Virus record (IMG/VR): IMGVR_UViG_3300014613_000001
Span: 96,001 to 160,000 of that record
Strand: one strand, 5' to 3'
Source: a virus
Length of the DNA: 64,000 nucleotides
Part shown: positions 61,861 through 64,000 of the stretch, piece by piece
How positions within the stretch are numbered: position 1 is the stretch's first letter
Layout of the letters: every line of letters begins with the position of its first letter
The notes under the pieces: generated by a model
What the model was told of the DNA's origin: nothing
Databases searched by the model: none
Seen by the model: only the letters and a program-made list of their open reading frames with translations
Position numbers and translations under genes: made by a program

Positions 61861-62253
61861 ATGTTCGAGAAAGCAGCACGATTGAAGTTGCGGTACGACA
61901 CCGGTCGTGGCCGCCTAAGCGTTGAAGATCTGTGGGACCTGCCCCTGCTCAGCAATAAGCACGGCGTCGTGTGCTTGGACGATGTAGCCAAGGAACTCCA
62001 TCGTGAGATGAAGGACAGCGACGAAGAGAGCTTCGTGATCCAGACATCTGAGCCTAACGAGGAGCTCAAGCTCAAGTTCGAGATCGTCAAGCACATCATC
62101 CGCGTTCGGCTCGCCGAGGAGGCAGCCAAGAAGAACGCCGCACTGATCGCGGAGAAGAAGCAGCAGATCATGGCGATCATGGTCGAGAAAGAGACGGAGA
62201 CCCTGAAGGGGTCGAGCCTCGAGGAGCTTCGAGCTCTTCTCGCAGCCCTGTAG
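61861..62253 (+). CDS. Conserved phage coiled-coil hypothetical protein
   Basis: MFEKAARLKLRY..GRLSVEDLWDLPL. Confidence 0.65.
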   Translation: MFEKAARLKLRYDTGRGRLSVEDLWDLPLLSNKHGVVCLDDVAKELHREMKDSDEESFVIQTSEPNEELKLKFEIVKHIIRVRLAEEAAKKNAALIAEKKQQIMAIMVEKETETLKGSSLEELRALLAAL

Positions 62254-62270
62254 GCCTGAAACTTCATCCG

Positions 62271-62311
62271 GGGCACAGCTCTTCTGACAGCCGGTCAGGG
62301 GGGCTGTGCCC
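62271..62311 (+). other. Long intergenic hairpin upstream of methyltransferase
   Basis: GGGCACAGCTCTTCTGAC-AGCCG-GTCAGGGGGGCTGTGCCC, 18-bp stem with three G.U pairs. Confidence 0.75.
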
Positions 62312-62332
62312 CATCGTCCCGTAGGAGATCAA

Positions 62333-64000
62333 GTGCTAAATAAACAAACCCATGGCGCGATATTCACGGCGTTCTTTCCGTTCTGCGGGTTGGGTGCCGG
62401 TGCGTTGGGTTTTCTTGACGCTCGGGTTACCGTCCTTGGTCGTCCCGCCAAGTTCGTCAGTCTCGGTGGGATCGACATTGATCAAGAAGCGTGTCAGGAC
62501 TTCGAACGACTCACAGGAAGCCCTGCTCTCTGCGCTGATATGCACGACCTCACAGCTCATGACATCAGGAGCTTCGTTGGTCAGCGCGCTCCTGATGTCG
62601 TATTCAGCTCGCCGCCCTGTAAATCATTCAGCGCGTTGCTCTCCGACAAGATCGCGTCGCAAGAGAAATATCAGAAACTCAGTCGTCTGGTCATTCGGTG
62701 GGTGGAGCTCATGATCCACACCTGGTCTGATGAGCCTCCACGCCTGATCATCATGGAGAACGTTCCGCGCATCACCTCGAGGGGCAGGAGATTCCTCGAG
62801 GAAGTACACGCGATTCTGGAAAATGCGGGGTACTGTATCCACGAGGGTTTTCACGATTGCGGAGAGATTGGCGGCTTGGCGCAGCATCGTCGACGGTTTC
62901 TCATGGTCGCCCGTCTACCCCGTCGCTGTCCCCCCTTCCTCTATAAGCCGCAGCGCCTACGGGTCCGCGGGTGCGGTGAAGTCCTCGAGAAGTTGCCCGT
63001 CCCAGGTACTTTGGAGGCGGCTCACTTTGGTAAGTTGCATCACTTACCGGGGATCAGTTGGATCAACTGGGTACGCTTGGCGCTGATCCCGGCCGGCGGC
63101 GATTGGAGAGATCTCCCGCGTGTGCTGGAGTCTCAACTTGGGAGCATGGTAGACAACCCCAACAGGTACACGAACAAGTATCGTGTGGAGGACTGGAGTG
63201 CTCCGGCCAAGACCGTCATCGGAGCGACTCGACCCGGGTCCGGGGCAGCCTGTGTTGCTGACCCTAGAACCGCAGAGTGGCATTCTGGAGTCCTCGGGGT
63301 ACGTGAGTGGAACAAACCGGCCGGAGCCGTTACCAGCCGCTCAGGGCCCAGCAATGGGGAGTTCTCCGTCGCTGACCCGAGGCTCACCTGTAGCCCTTGG
63401 GGCGGTGCATACGGTGTCAGCGGATGGGAGGATCCTGCTCCGACCGTGACCGGGGGCCGTCTGGACAATTCCGGGGTCTCGGTGGCCGACATCCGGGTGA
63501 AACAAGCCTTCGATCATGGGTATAAGGTACTCAGATGGACTGATCCTAGTTTCACCGTCGCCGGGCAGACCTCGTGTGGTTATGGAGCGTTCCAGGTAGC
63601 AGATCCCCGCGTAGATCAAGCTGTAGGGCGCCGTATTGTGTTCGAACAGCTTCTATCTGTTTGGGATGGCGACCCCAAAAAAGCTCCGCCCTTCATACCA
63701 GTGATCGTCTGCCCCGATAATTGCTGGCATCGCCCAATGACGCCGATGGAGCTGGCGATTTTACAAGGCTTACCGACGGAGCTGGATGGGCGCCCCCTCG
63801 GGCTGTCGGGCAACTCCGTGAGTCGATGGAGAGAAAGAATAGGGAACGCGGTCCCGGTGCAGACCGCTGAAGCTGTAGCCACAAAGATGCTGATCGCGTT
63901 GCTGGAAACAGAGCTCTACGGTGCCGATCCTGTCCGTCGCGGTGAGGAGAGGTGGGTCGAGGAGCTCTTTGGAGGATCAAATGGTAGACGAGGAACATGT
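62333..64000 (+). CDS. C5-cytosine DNA methyltransferase (runs off window end; not in ORF track)
   Basis: GTG start with AGGAG RBS; motif I FCGLG, IV SPPC, VI ENV, VIII QHRRR, IX ELAILQGLP, X IGNAVP; four W..P..TV...VAD(P/I)R repeats in the variable region. Confidence 0.9.
   Translation, partial: MLNKQTHGAIFTAFFPFCGLGAGALGFLDARVTVLGRPAKFVSLGGIDIDQEACQDFERLTGSPALCADMHDLTAHDIRSFVGQRAPDVVFSSPPCKSFSALLSDKIASQEKYQKLSRLVIRWVELMIHTWSDEPPRLIIMENVPRITSRGRRFLEEVHAILENAGYCIHEGFHDCGEIGGLAQHRRRFLMVARLPRRCPPFLYKPQRLRVRGCGEVLEKLPVPGTLEAAHFGKLHHLPGISWINWVRLALIPAGGDWRDLPRVLESQLGSMVDNPNRYTNKYRVEDWSAPAKTVIGATRPGSGAACVADPRTAEWHSGVLGVREWNKPAGAVTSRSGPSNGEFSVADPRLTCSPWGGAYGVSGWEDPAPTVTGGRLDNSGVSVADIRVKQAFDHGYKVLRWTDPSFTVAGQTSCGYGAFQVADPRVDQAVGRRIVFEQLLSVWDGDPKKAPPFIPVIVCPDNCWHRPMTPMELAILQGLPTELDGRPLGLSGNSVSRWRERIGNAVPVQTAEAVATKMLIALLETELYGADPVRRGEERWVEELFGGSNGRRGTC

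Noticed and set aside
62352-62714. ORF-track ORFs over 62.3-64 kb
   Set aside because: They are out of frame with the methyltransferase ORF starting at GTG 62333, which has all C5-MTase motifs and runs off the window.
1-64000. Genome-wide stop-codon reassignment
   Set aside because: TGA, TAG and TAA all end well-supported genes, often in ATGA/TGATG overlaps; only one isolated in-frame TGA was found.

Overview
This window is part of a GC-rich jumbo or large myophage genome using the standard genetic code. Bases 1-34,039 are a mostly + strand late/structural region. It holds the 3' part of a phage multisubunit RNA polymerase beta'-like gene, a baseplate spike, large terminase, a putative prohead protease, scaffold-like proteins, major capsid, neck proteins, tail sheath, an inserted HNH endonuclease and tail tube. 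Many predicted head proteins carry a recurring Lys-X-Ala/Gly/Ser motif, often as F-x-D-E-L-x-K-I-A, which looks like a maturation-protease or packaging signal. Bases 34,045-64,000 are an accessory region of short + strand genes: DUF1599-like, MazG-like, YkgJ, a degenerate LAGLIDADG, SSB, a P-loop protein, a SufS-like enzyme with two radical-SAM proteins, and a C5 DNA methyltransferase running off the end. The most unusual signals are non-coding. (i) A dispersed family of 8 full and 1 partial 31-bp hairpin elements shows compensatory and strand-specific G.U changes. Most copies sit just after stop codons, three carry an antisense sigma70 promoter, one pair forms a TA-flanked MITE-like unit, and they appear to delimit gene cassettes. 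(ii) A complete type II hammerhead ribozyme lies between two genes. (iii) A second repeat family brackets GC-rich cassettes. (iv) A perfect 27-bp inverted repeat precedes the catalytically degenerate LAGLIDADG gene. All annotation is by eye from motifs; no database searches or folding programs were run.
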